Position numbers and translations under genes: made by a program. A DNA stretch of 64,000 bases from the human T2T-CHM13v2.0 reference genome, Homo sapiens. Positions 20,138 to 33,303 of the stretch are shown here, in pieces. Positions within the stretch are counted from its first letter, which is position 1; every line of letters begins with the position of its first letter. The stretch lies in assembly GCF_009914755.1 (NCBI RefSeq), contig NC_060947.1. One strand, given 5' to 3'. The notes below the pieces were generated by a model. That model made no database searches. It had not been told where the DNA came from and worked only from the letters and a program-made list of their open reading frames with translations.

Positions 20138-22645
20138 CCATCATACTGAATGGACAAAATCTGGAACCATTCCCCTTGAAAATGGGCACAAAACAAGGAT
20201 GCCTTCTCTCAGCACCTCTATTCAACACAGTATTAGAATTTCTGGCCAGGGCAATCAGGCAAGAGCAAGAAATAAGGGGCATCCAAATAGGAAAAGAGGA
20301 AGTCAGACTATCCCTGTTTGCAGATGACACGATACTTTATACAGAAACCCCATAGTCTCAGCCCAATAGCTTCTTAAGCTGATAAACAACTTCAGCCAAG
20401 TCTCAAGATATAAAATCAATGTGCAAAAAATCATTAGTATTCCTATATACCAATAACAGTCAACCCCAGAGCCAAATAAGGAATGACGTTCCATTCACAA
20501 TTGCCATAAAATAATAAAATATGCAGAAATACAGCTTACTAGAGAGGTGACAGATCTCTAAAAGGAGAACTATAAACCACTGCTCAAAGAAATCAGACAT
20601 GACACAAACAAGTGAAAAAACATTCCATACCCATGGATAAGAAGAATCAATATCATTAAAATGGCCACACTGCCCAAAGCAATTTATAGATTCAATGTTA
20701 TTCCTATTAAATTACCATTGACATTCTTCACAAACTAGAGAAAACTATTTTAAAATTCATATGGAACCAAAAAAGAGCCCAAATAGCCAAGACAATTCTA
20801 AGCAAAGAAAAAAAAAAAAAAAAAAAGCTGGAGGCTGGAGGCATCATGCTAGCCAACTTCAAACTATACTACAGAGCTACAGTAACCAAAACAGCATGGT
20901 ACTGATACAAAATCAGACATGTAGACGAACAGAACAGAATAGAGAACTCTGAAATAAGACTGCACATCTACAACCATCTGATCTTCAACAAACCTGACAA
21001 AAACAAGCAAAGGGGAAAGGATTCACTATTCAATAAATGGTGCTGTGACAACTGGCTAGCCATATGTAAAAGATTAAACCTGGAGCCCTTCCATACACCA
21101 TATACAAAAATTAAATCAAGATGGATTCGAGGCTTAAATGTAAAACCCAAAACTAAAAAGCCTAGAAGGCAACCTAGGCAATAACATTCAGGACATAGGC
21201 ATGGGCAAAGATTTCATAACAAAGATGCCAAAAGCAATTATAACAAAAGCAAAACTTGACAAATGGGATCCAATTAAACTAAGGAGCTTCTGCACAACAA
21301 AAGAAACTGTCAACAGAGTAAACAAACAATCTACAGAATGGGAGAAATTTTTGCAAACTATGCATGTGACAAAGGTCTAAAATCCAACATCTATAGGGAA
21401 CGTAAACAAAATTTACAAGAAAACAAACAACCCCATATAAAAGTGGACAAAGGACATGAACAGACACTTTTCAAAAGAAGACATACATGTGGTCAAAAAA
21501 TATAAAAACTACCAATCATTAGAGAAATGAAAATCAAAACCACAATGAAATACCATCTCACACCAGGCAGAAAAGGCTTTTATTAAAATGTCAAATATAA
21601 CTGATGCTGGCGAGATTGTGGAGGAAAAGAACACTTATACACTGTTAGTGGGAGTGTAAATTAGTTCAGCCATTGTGGAAGACAGTGTGGCAATTCAAAG
21701 ACTTAAAGACAGAACTACCATTCAACCCAGCAATCCCATCACCGGGTATATACCCAAAGGAATATAAGTCATTCTATTTAATATTACCAAGAAACATACA
21801 TGTGTATGCTCATTGTAGCACTATTAAAAATAGTGAAGACATAGAATCAGTCTAAATGCCCATCAATTATTGACTGGATAAAGAAATGTGGTACTGGAAC
21901 TATGGAGCCATAAAAAAGAGCAAGATTGTATTAGTCCATTCTTACACTGCTATAAAGAACTGCCTGAAACTGGGTAATTTATAAAGGAAAGAGGTTTAAT
22001 TGACTCATCATTCAGCATGGCTGGGGAGGCCGCAGGAAACTTACCATCATGGCTGAAGGGAAAGGAAATGCATCCTTCTTCACATGGAGGCAGAAGAGAG
22101 AAGTGCTGAACAAGGTTGGGGGGAAGTCCCTTATAAAACCATCAGATCTTGTGAGAGCTCACTCACTATCACAAGAACAGCATGGGGTAACAGTCCCCAT
22201 AATTCAATTACATCCCACTGGGTTCCTCCCATGACACATGGACATTATGGGAACTACAATTCAAGTTGAGATTTGGGTGGGGACATAGCCAAACCATACC
22301 AAAGAGTATGCACTTTGCAGGCACATGGATGGAGCTGGAGGCCATCATCCTTAGCAAACTAACACATAAACAGAAAACCAAATACCACATGTTCTCCCTT
22401 ATAAGTTGGAGCTAAGTGATGTGAACACATGGACACAAGGAGGGGAACCAGAGACAGTGGGGCCTTTCAGAGGGTGGAGGGTGGAAGGAAGGAGAGGATC
22501 AGGAGAAATAACAAATGGGTAGTAGGCCGAATACCTGTGTGATGAAATGATCTGTGCAACAAACCTCCATGACACAAATTTACCTATGGAACAAACCTGC
22601 GCTTATACCCTTGAACTTAAAATAAAATGTCAAATAAAAGAAAAA
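20138..22645 (+). mobile_element. 5'-truncated L1 (L1PA13-class)
   Basis: RT fragment [22 protein letters not shown]...SLFADD, 3'UTR and A-rich tail; TSD gaaaaatg(t/a)gttg. Confidence 0.9.
21927..22301 (-). mobile_element. THE1D-like MaLR solo LTR nested in L1
   Basis: tgtattagtccattcttacactgctataaagaac ... ggacatagccaaaccatacca; 5-bp TSD aaga(t/g). Confidence 0.88.
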
Positions 22646-23074
22646 TGAGTTGGTTTCTATCCAGACCAAAACAGAAATAAAAACGAAAGAACGACCTTAC
22701 TAATGCTGAAATTCCCTGCTCTTAATTACACATTGCCTTCAACACAAATATACATGCACGATATTATTATTATTTGCTATATATTAAAGGTATGTTCAAT
22801 GTCTAACAGATTGGCTGGTGGTATCAGTGGTCAACAGGGACAGCTCTACTCATATGATGATTTATGGGAAAGGCATTTAGGCCAACAAGAACCTTTCACA
22901 CTGAATTGCTTTGGTACTGAAATTATCCACATTTTAATGCCTCAAAATGATTTATTTGGAAGCCTAATTTATGGTATAAATGTTACATGTGATGGGAGGC
23001 ACACTTAGCTCACGTGAGCAATCTAATTTAATTAGTTAGGGAAAATATCTAATTTGGTAAGAAACAAAGTGAGT

Positions 23075-23523
23075 AAAATCTCAAGATCTTCAGGGTGAGT
23101 CAGCAAGCTGGAGACCCCAGAGGAGCTGATGGTTTAGCTTCAGTCCAATTCCAAAAGACTGAGAACCAGAAAAACTGATAATATAGTTCCAGTCTGAAGG
23201 TTGGCAGACTCAAGACCCAGGAAGAGCCAATGGCTCATTTCAAATTTAAAGGCATGAAAAAAGAGGTGATATCCCAGTTTGAAGGCTCTTGGGCAAGAAG
23301 AATTCTGTCTTACTTGGGGTTCAGCCTTTTTGTTCTATTCTGGCCTTCAACTGACTAGATAAGACCGACCCATATTATGGAAGGTCACCTGCTTTATTGG
23401 TCTATACATTTAAATGTTACTCTCATCCCAAAACACTCTCTCAGAAACACTCATAGCAAATGTTTGACCAAATATCTGGGCATCTTGTGGTCCACTCCAG
23501 TTGACATGCAAAATTAATCATCG
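23075..23523 (-). mobile_element. MLT2-like (ERVL) LTR, partial
   Basis: gcaagctggagaccc..., and the terminal aatgtttgaccaaatatctgggca...gttgacatgcaaaattaatcatc. Confidence 0.75.
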
Positions 23524-24486
23524 AACTCTTCTTTCCTCATTGAGTTAGCTTATGCCAAACAAAGCAAGTAAATCCTGAGAAAATTGAAGAAAATGCATTC
23601 TCAGTAAATATAAACACATCATTAAAATTTATGGACAGCACTTTTACATGAGAAAGTAACCATAACAGGGTTTCATACCTAGGTATGGGGAATAGGAAAG
23701 AAATCATTGTAGGCTCTAGGATAGTTGAGGCTATGTCTGCCTTTCTGATCACTACAGTCTCAGTGCCTAGTAATACATCATTCAATAATGTTTTTGGCTA
23801 ATCAAATAGATGAACAAAGTTCAAAGGATTTAGATTAGCTAGAAAGTAGCACAAACCTTTAAAATCAGAGTAGGTGATATGTTAAAATTGGAAATTCAGA
23901 TAAAGCTAGAAATATTAAAGGTCCAATCTTGTATAAAGTAAACGTCCAGAGAATTTGGGACAGAGGCTCTACTGAGCACAAATATTTCTGTATATGTAGT
24001 AGTATTCAAAAATATGTAATTGAAAATAAATAAATTAATGACCATAGGATAGAAACTACCTGCTATTCATCTCAATTTTTTTGTTGTTGCTGTTGTTGTT
24101 TTTTCATTTGTTTTTCTTATACAGTTACCTCCTTTGATACCAATTGCCTTCTTGGAGTGTTGCTCACTACCTTTCATGACACTGTCAGATACTAACTAAG
24201 GTTTATTCCATCATGGAAAACAATGTCTCCTCAAGCATCTAGACTACACAAATGGAAGTGTCTGGTGGCTAAGTATCATACCTCTTCATTCTAGTACATT
24301 TTACTGCCATCCAGACTCAAATGTTCTATTCTTCCATGTCTCCTGAGTTACTAACCTCAAAATTTTTTAAGTTAATAGATTTAGAAGGTGCTTAGTAAAG
24401 ATTGAAGCAAATATTAGATAAAAAAAAATTCCCTACCCAGCAATGGAGGCTAAAATATGCATTCCTCTTTTAAAGATAAGGATTGG

Positions 24487-24597
24487 GCCGGCCGCGGTGG
24501 CTCATGCCCGTAACCCCAGCACTTTGGGAGGCTGAGGGGGGTGGATCACCTGAGGTCAGGAATTCGAGACCAGCCTGCCCAACATGGCAAAAACCCA
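24487..24597 (+). mobile_element. Alu left arm only (3'-truncated AluS)
   Basis: ggccggccgcggtggctcatgcc ... aacatggcaaaaaccc, then unique sequence. Confidence 0.85.
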
Positions 24598-24619
24598 TGG
24601 CAGAGGTAGTGGAAACAGT

Positions 24620-24880
24620 CAACAATACTTAATGGTTTTATTCCCATTCCAGCATTCCAAATGTCTTTCCCATTTGTTCCTGTAAATTATGATCTATAAT
24701 TTATCCTTCTGAATCCATATTTGACCACAACCACCAGCAAATATGCTATAGGCTTTCCATACCAATGCATACATTTCTTTTTTCTTTCCAACGCGTTCAT
24801 TTCTAACTGAAACATAAACTGATTCCTCCTTGTCCTTTTCAAATGCTCTTGGCCCCACCCTCTCCAAAGAGGCCATATTT
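24620..24880 (-). pseudogene. ADCY10-like terminal exon remnant
   Basis: Acceptor ttttttccttctcacttatgttactcaacatag. KYGLFGEGGAKSI*KGQG ~ KCGLFLNTALRLSETQG; QIWIQKDKL..KWERHL ~ DQWLQTILSLPSWEKIV. Confidence 0.65.
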
Positions 24881-25707
24881 CTATGTTGAGTAACATAAGT
24901 GAGAAGGAAAAAATAGAGATGTATTTAAAAGAGACACAATCCAAAGAAAATAAGTGGTTTAAATAAAATATGTGGGTACGGTGTGATATGCTATAAAGTT
25001 TTTATTGCCACTTACTTGGGAAGACTGGCATAACTCACGCATAGTGCTGCCACTTATAAGTAATGCAGTCACTGCAAACTCACTGCAGTAAAAACTTCAA
25101 ACATCTCCACAACCACATATTATACACATACACCAGTAATTCAGTAACTTTTCCAGCTGTCTTCCTCCCTGATAGGCTTTATTTCTTGATGTCCCTTCTT
25201 AATGGGACAAATTCATTTTTAGCATAGTGCATGGCTGATTAAACACAGATATTTGATCTTTTTAAAAAAAAATAGGACTGCAACAATTAATTCACCACAT
25301 CTAACACTGAGTGTTTATTGTGGTAGGCAATAAATACTTTGGATGAATCTTCCCTGTGTTAGCCACTGGTAAATAAGTCCATGATTTCTCCTATAGTGGT
25401 GAATAAAGATAAGGTTCACCGTAATTGGGTCATTTGGACCTGTTGACTCAACATTGCAAAGTCAAGGAATCATGGAAGATCAGAGTGATGACGGGCCTTA
25501 AATCCTGACTAGTGATTTTTAATCTGTGTTCCAGTGAATGTAATGGCTGGCATGTGATTGAAACAAGTTTGATGAAATGGAAGTAGTTTCAGAATAGTTC
25601 TATTTTATTCTGTTCTAAATGTGGAAGTTTATATAAGATTTTATTGGAATAAAAATTATGCTGAGAAAATACATACATAAACACACACATGTATCTGTTT
25701 TTCAATA

Positions 25708-28700
25708 GGGCAGATAGGAGGTAGTGCTAGCTTGCCTCTCCCACTTGAAGAACAAAACAGTGTGTAGAGATTCACACTGTGAAATTCTGTTCCAAGAACC
25801 ATTGCAGGAACTTACCAGGAAAACCTAAATAATTCACAGATTCTTTGAAAGAAGTGGCACACCACAGCAAACTCCATGGGACGGCTGAAAAACTGAGTTT
25901 CCAGAGTGGGAGAAGGGGAGAGTCTGTCTTCGAATACACATCCCCACTGGGGAATCTAAAAATCCAGATCATAGAAGACTTTAAACTTACCTAGAACTAG
26001 AACAGATTAAGGGAGTGGTGCAAAATATAAAAGTAGAAGCAGCAGCGAGAAGAGCCTTATAGGCATTCCCAGTCTCCAGCTTGAACCCAGAAAAGCCATC
26101 CCTGACTATATCTTACAGGGTCCCCATGGGGAAGGTAGCCAATCAACTTCGGGAAGGGCTGCAGGGTGAAAGAAGCTCCCAACTGAATTTTGCGATAATT
26201 TTGAGTGGGCACGAACTCCCTTGAACAGAATCTGGGTGCAAATGGGAACTGCAGCAGATAGGAGCACAGGAGCTGGGGACCTAGCATTGCTGGCAAATGG
26301 GGAGGGGTGTGGCCTGAACGTGGTTCTTGCTTTCTTGTGGGGAAGCTTACGGCCTGGGATAAGTCCAAGTTCTGTGTACAGGTTGCCTGGAATTAAACTC
26401 AGCACTATTAGTGGGGCACTGTGAGAGCGAGACCAGCCTCGCCAAATGTGTGGGAGCTGGGCGAGGCCTTTTGCTACCAGCTATCTCCTACTCTCTGCAA
26501 ACTTTCCTGCACAGCAGAGGCAGCCATACTCCCCTCTGGAACATTACCCTATTGGTCTGAGAACCACCCTTCACCCCCAACAAAGACCAAGGCAAGCCCC
26601 TCGCAGGGAGAATCTGAGCTCAGACCCGCCTAACCCTGCCCCGACCTGATAGTATTTCTCTACTCTGGTAGCTGAACACAAAAGACATAAACCCTTGGGA
26701 GCTTTATTGCCCTGCCCATCATTTGAGAAACCAGACTACTTCCCCTGGACAATTTAGTGCAAGCTCAAATCACACTACTACCACGGCAGCTTTTGCTGTC
26801 TTGCAAGCACCACCTCCTGGCTAGAGGCCAACCAACTCAGGCCATTAGAGCAACTCTTGGCAGAATAATACTGTTCCCAGGTAGAAGAAAACAACACCTA
26901 ACACCACAGCCTGCAACACCCTGGCTAACCAGAGTTCCTGAGTCTGTTCACGTGACAACTTCATTGCTAGCAAAACCAGCATTCCAGAAAGCCAGCACAC
27001 TAAGCCTATCCATGACCAAGGAATCTCACAGAGTCTACATCACTCCCCTGCCACCTCCATCAGAGCAAGTGCTGGTATCCATGGCTAGGAGACCCAAAGA
27101 CCAGTCACATCACTGGACTCTTTGCAGATATTCCCCAGCACCAGCCCAGAGCCTGGTAGCCCCACTTGGTGGCTAGACTCAGAAGAGCAGTAACAATCAC
27201 TGCAGTCTGGCCCTTAGGAAGCCCCATTCCTAGGGGAAAAGGGAGAGCACCACATCAAGGGATCACCACGTGGGACAAAAGAATCTGAACAGCAGGACTT
27301 CACTTCCAGATCTTTCTACTCTGGGAAGTTTCTCACAGCAGAGACACAACTGCAGTGCTGACTGCAGTACGGAAAGTCTGTACCTCTACCCTAACAGGCT
27401 GGCTGCCTCTGTGATCATGACAGGCCTTGGATAAGGAGTCCTTGTCTTCCCGGCACTCCACTGCAGACACAGCTGGAGCTTCCTCCACAGGAATGCAGTG
27501 TGGAGGCACCTATAGACAGCCTTCCTGGAACAATCCAGATGAGCGCAGCCCCACAGGAGCAGTTACCCCCCAGAATCAGGCTTGCACAAGTTACAGAGTC
27601 ACAATTCCTCCATACTTGGAACATCAACATTTCAACATTTCTATAGATGAAAAGAGGTGTCTGTCTGAACAGCCAAAACACTAGGACAGGAGTGAGGCTT
27701 TGTGGTGAATACATTTCCTGCTGTCGTGGCAGGGCAGCTGAGGTAGCTCACACTCAGCACATCTAATTGAGAGCTCCCCCGGGCCACCCTTGTCAAGGCT
27801 GTGACCTTGACCCATGGTCGGATATTATATCTACCCACCTGCCTTAGCTACAACCAGTGCTTACCCAGGGATACTTCCTCTATTGGCCTGAAGTCTGAAA
27901 CACCAACTAATTAAAGAAAATACTGGGGAGAAATTAAATAAACAAATAAAGTGTACACCACAAAATCACAAAATAAGTTTCAAGAGATCCCTGCCATTCC
28001 AGCTCCATGGAAGACAGTAAACACACCCATACAGGAAGAATATAACTACTGCAACTAGCATCGGGGAAAGCCAGCACACAGAAACTCTATAAGTAAGGAT
28101 CTCATAGAAACTTCACCCCTAGAAGCACCAAGAATCAAATTAGGCTAAAATAAACATTAAAGCCCAACCCTTAACAGGGAAAAAAATAAGAAATTTTAAA
28201 AAACACACAGTCCAATCAAAAATATATTCAAGAACAATTTGAAAAAAAAATAGTTTACCCAAATGAGAAGGAACTAGAAGAGTAATTCTGGTAATATGAC
28301 AAAACAGGGATCCATAATACCCCCAAAAGATCACACTAGCTCCCCAGAAATAGGTTCAAACCAAGAAGAAATCTCTGAGTTGCTGGATAAAGAAATTCAG
28401 ACGGTTGATTATTAAGCTACTCAAGAAGATACTAGAGAAGGTGAGAACTAACTTAAAGAAATTTAAAAAAACAATACCAGATGAGGATGAAAAATTTTCT
28501 AGAGAAATAGATATAATAAAGAAAAACAATTACAACTTCTGGAAATGAAAGGGACACTTATACAAATACAAAATGCAGTGGAAAGTTTCAACCATAGATT
28601 AGAACAAGCAGAAGAAAAAATCTCAGAGCTCAAAGGCAAGGCTTTTGAATTAACCCAATCTGACAAAGTCCAACAAAAAAGAATTTAAAAAATGAATAAA

Positions 28701-30620
28701 GTCTCCAAGAAGTACAGGATTATTTTAAATGGCCAAAACTAAGAATAATTGGTATTCCTGAGGAAGAAGAGAAATCTAAAAGTTTGGAAAATTTATTTGA
28801 GGGAATGATTGAGGAAAATTTCCCTGGCCTTGCTAGAGATCTAGACATTCAAATACAAGAAGCTCAAATAACTCCTGGGAAATTTATCACAAAAATATCA
28901 TCACAAAGTCATCAGGTTATCTAAAGTCAAAATGAAGGAAACGATCTTAAGGGCTGTGAAGCAACAGCATCAAGTAACCTATAAAGGAAACCTATCAGAT
29001 CAACAGCAGATTTCTCAGCAGAAACCTTACAAGCCAGAAGGGATTGGGATCCTATGCTTAGCCTCCTTAAACAAAATAATTGTAGCCAAAAGTCTTGTAT
29101 CTAGCAAAACTAAGCTTCATAATGAAGAGATAAAGTCTTCTTCAGCCAAACAAATGCTGATAAAATTTGCCACTACCAAACCAGCACTAAAAATGCTAAA
29201 AGAAGTTCTAAATATTGAAACAAAACCTCAAAATACACCAAAGTAGAACCTCCTTAATGTATGAATCTCACAGGGCCCATAAACATTAATGCAATGAAAA
29301 TAACAAGGTATTTAGGCAACAACTAACATGATGAATAGAACGGTACCTCACATCTCAATACTAACATTGAATGTAAATTGCCTAAACACTCCACTTAAAA
29401 GATACAGAATGGTGGAGTGAATAAAAATCTACCAAGCACGTAACTTCTGTCTTCAAGAGACTCACCTAGCCCATAAAAACTCACATAAACTTAACGTAAA
29501 GGGGGTGAAAAAAAGATATTTCATGCAAATGGAAACCAAAAGCAAGCAGGAGTAGCTATTCTTAGATAAAACAGACTTTAAAGCAACAACAGTGAAAATG
29601 ACAAAAAGGACATGAATGACAAATTGACAAAAAAGGACATGAATAAAGGATTAGTCTGTGTAATCGAGAGATCGAGAGGCTAAGGTAGGCAGATCACCTG
29701 AGGTCAGGAGTTCAAGACCAGCCTGGCCAACATGGCGAAACCATATCTCTACTAAAAATACAAAAAAAAAAAAAAATTAGCCAGGTGTGGTGGCAGGTGC
29801 CTGTAATCTCAGCTACTCTGAAGACTGAGGCATTAAAATCGTTTGAACCCAGGGGGCAGAGGCTGCAGTAAGCCAAGATCATGCCACTGCACTCCAGCCT
29901 GGGTGACAGAGCGAGACTCCGTCTCAAAAAAAAAAAAAATTAGTTTAACCGGAAGATACAATCCTAAATATATATGCACATAACACTGGAGATCCCAAAT
30001 TCATAACACAATTACTACTAGAGCTAAGAAATGAGATAGAAGCAGCACAATAATAATGGGGGACTTCAATACTCCACTAACAGCACTAGACAGGTCATCA
30101 AGACAGAAAGTCAACAAAGAAACAATGGACTTGAACTATACCCTAGAGCAGATGGACTTAACAGATATTTACAGAACATTCTACCCAACAACTGCAGAAT
30201 ATACATTCTTTTCATTAGCACATGAAACATTCTCCACGATAGACTATATCATAGGCCACAAAACAAGTCTCAATAAATTTAAGAAAATCAAAATCATATC
30301 TTCTGAGACCACAGTGGAATAAAATTGGAAATTAGCTCCCAAAAGGAACCCTCAAAACTATACAAATACATGAAAGTTAAGTAATCTGCTCTTGCTATGA
30401 GGATACAAAGGCATAAGAATGATATAATGGACTTCGGGGACTTGGGGGAAAGGGTGGGAGGCGGGTGAGGGATAAAATAGCACATATTGGGTACAGTGTA
30501 CACTGCTCGGGTGACGGGTGCATGAAAATCTCAGAAATCACCACAGAACAGAATAACTTATCCCTATAACCAAAAACCACCTATTCCCTAAAACCTATTG
30601 AAATAAAATTTTTAAAAAGA
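25708..30620 (+). mobile_element. L1PB-class element with 5'UTR, ORF1, endonuclease region, large internal deletion and 3'UTR
   Basis: ORF1-like 28932-29246; endonuclease MGDFNTPLTALDRSSRQK (30056). Abrupt jump at ~30394 to the L1PB 3'UTR (ctatgaggatacaaaggcataagaatg). Confidence 0.88.
29659..29939 (+). mobile_element. AluS with damaged 5' end, inside L1PB
   Basis: Alu body and poly-A; flanks share attagt. Confidence 0.88.
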
Positions 30621-30623
30621 AAG

Positions 30624-30626
<3 letters not shown>

Positions 30627-30660
<34 letters not shown>
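30627..30660. repeat. (CA)n microsatellite
   Basis: Seen directly. Confidence 0.95.
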
Positions 30661-30889
30661 TCACCTAGAAAATCACTAATCTGGACCAATATTCCCACTC
30701 CCCATTTTAGGATAAAGAAAGTGGATCTCTGGAAAAGTTGTGATAAACTTACATTCATACGACATTTTGGAGGTGTAGGTGGTACCAGTGCAGTTATGGT
30801 TCCTGAATCTGAGACTGTTTTCCACTCTGTGGCACTCGAATGAATAGTGCAATCATTATTAATACTGTTTATAGTATAAGTCGTGCTGG

Positions 30890-31048
30890 AGTTGGGCCCA
30901 GCACCACATATGAAATAAGCTATATTAGATACAAAACCTTGCTAGGGCAAGTACATTTTGGTCACTCTTTTTCCAGAATAAGGAGGAGGGTACATGCTAA
31001 AGAAGAAGTCTTCCAAATTATACAGATCTTTCAGAAAAACGTGGCATC
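30890..31048 (-). pseudogene. ADCY10-like exon remnant
   Basis: Acceptor attattttacctcccag. GCHVFLKDLYNLEDF ~ GEELLKNLENL; LARF/LY..IAYF..VVLG ~ PRLYHLMAYVCILMG. Confidence 0.6.
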
Positions 31049-31204
31049 CTGGGAGGTAAAATAATGAGTATAAAGGATGACCCTGTCTAAATATATCATT
31101 ACCCATTCCAGTTGATTCTCTACCCAGGTCCCAGCTTGAAGAGAAGTCCCTTCATAGAACCCTAAATTCCGTATGTGAGAAGAACCTATTCTTTATATAT
31201 TTAC

Positions 31205-31372
31205 CTCTGTATTTTCATGATTGAGCCCCAAATCAAATAAGAATATAGAACCTGCTGCATCTCACTGGAACATGTATACTCAGAAGATCATTGTATGTTG
31301 TCAGGGAAGAGATAATCATTATTGCCAAAAGGTAGAGTTGACTCCAAAGGGGAATTTTACTCCTAAAAATGC
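31205..31372 (-). pseudogene. ADCY10-like exon remnant, adjoining an Alu insertion
   Basis: SLTTYNDLLS ~ TLTYYDGIS; QQVLY ~ GQVLH; HENTE ~ SENAQ; donor GAG|gtaaat. Confidence 0.55.
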
Positions 31373-31374
31373 AC

Positions 31375-31661
<287 letters not shown>

Positions 31662-33182
31662 TAAAAAATGCATTTTCATAAATAAATACTTAGATTGATA
31701 TTGACTGTTAGGATTATACTATCTCATTGTAGGAAAACACATTTTTTTACATATAAAGTGAGATGTAGTATATGAAATCACTTCAATGCAGAAATTTAGA
31801 AGGAATATAGTTGAACATAGGTTCTATCCAATGATGGTTGTATTTTAGTTGGTTTCTCAAATAACACCTTGTTATTTGTGTGAATATGGTGAACAGACGC
31901 TAGGGTGCAAAGCCCAGGCTAGGACTTCTAAATGAATCTTGAGGTTATATTCTTAAGAGAATTATTTCCAACATATCTCACTTTCCACTCTAACTCTAAA
32001 GGTTGTCCTTATTGTTGCATTATCTGACCTTGACAACCTAATTGTGCTTGTATCTCTGGTGGTATTGTCCAAGTGCCTGAATATGTATCCCAATGCGCAA
32101 ATGAACACTCTGCCTCTATCTTTTTTTTGTCAACTCTTTTGCAACTTCTATCCTTAGGATGAACTGTGCCCTATGCTATATGCTTCAAGAATCATTCCCA
32201 ATCCTCCTTTATTTGCTAGCTGCAAAAGGTAACCTGGATTTAGATGAACGATCTGGTTCAGCTGCCCACACTGATCAAAATCACAGCTAACTGGCAGATG
32301 CCCACATCCCTTAGACTGCACAAATAGAATCCAAAGGGTATACCATAAGGAGCTGATTACAGTTCCTCCCTGTACATAAAGGTATTTGTTCAGTCTCCAT
32401 AATATATAGCTGCCTTTTTAGTTTATATAACAGGGAATGGACATATGGTGCACATTAAAAGCATAAAAAGTTGAAGAAGTGCTTTGAAAAATTTGTGTAC
32501 AGTAGAACTATTGATCACTGATGGAGGTTAGGACAGAGGGACAGCCTAGCTGTCTGATGTTTCAAAATATAGGAGAATGACCATTCTACTTCTCTTTAAA
32601 CCATTCCTGGGTATTTCCATCAGAGATACATCCTGAATTCAACAAGAAGAAGAGCAGTTAGGCACTTCTCATTTTGCTTGTTTAATATAGATAGTAGTCT
32701 GAGAGGATTTCCACCTTAATATTATGCTAAAACCATATCAACTGAAATCCTTTTTTGAATATCTGAGATTGGTATAAAATGTTAGTAAGATTAACAAATA
32801 TAGTCGCAATGTTAAAAGAGTTTTCCAAAATTAATCAAACAGATCAAGATTTTATCCATATTTTGGGTACATATGAAATTTACCCAACTAACTGAAAAAT
32901 GTTGGCCTGTATTGGTGGGTAAATGAATGGAAACTTTGGCTCTGAAAGCTTCTATTTTAATTTGCAAGTTGGAAAGAGCATGAACACTTTATCACCTATA
33001 CAATAGGCTGTAAATTATTTGCATGACATCTTCTTTGCATTACATGCCATGGGTCTGTAACAGGTTGGCATAATATATAGACCATTTAAGTGACAATAGT
33101 CATAAGTTACAGATGGGAAGCTCTATTTTGTCCAGCCATTGTGCTCCTTCTTTGCTCAATTTTCAATATAAAAAATGACCAC

Positions 33183-33303
33183 CGGATATCAAAAATGACT
33201 TCTTGGAACATCAGTTCTGATCTACAAGGTTCATCCTGTTGTAGCTCATCCATTTCAAGAGCACTTCATTCATTTGTTACATATTACCAAGACTGAGATT
33301 TCA
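33183..33303 (-). pseudogene. ADCY10-like exon remnant (weak)
   Basis: Acceptor ttttctcttttcatcaattattcag. YNRMNL..RSELMF ~ NNRILKFHSGLLL. Position is colinear. Confidence 0.45.
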
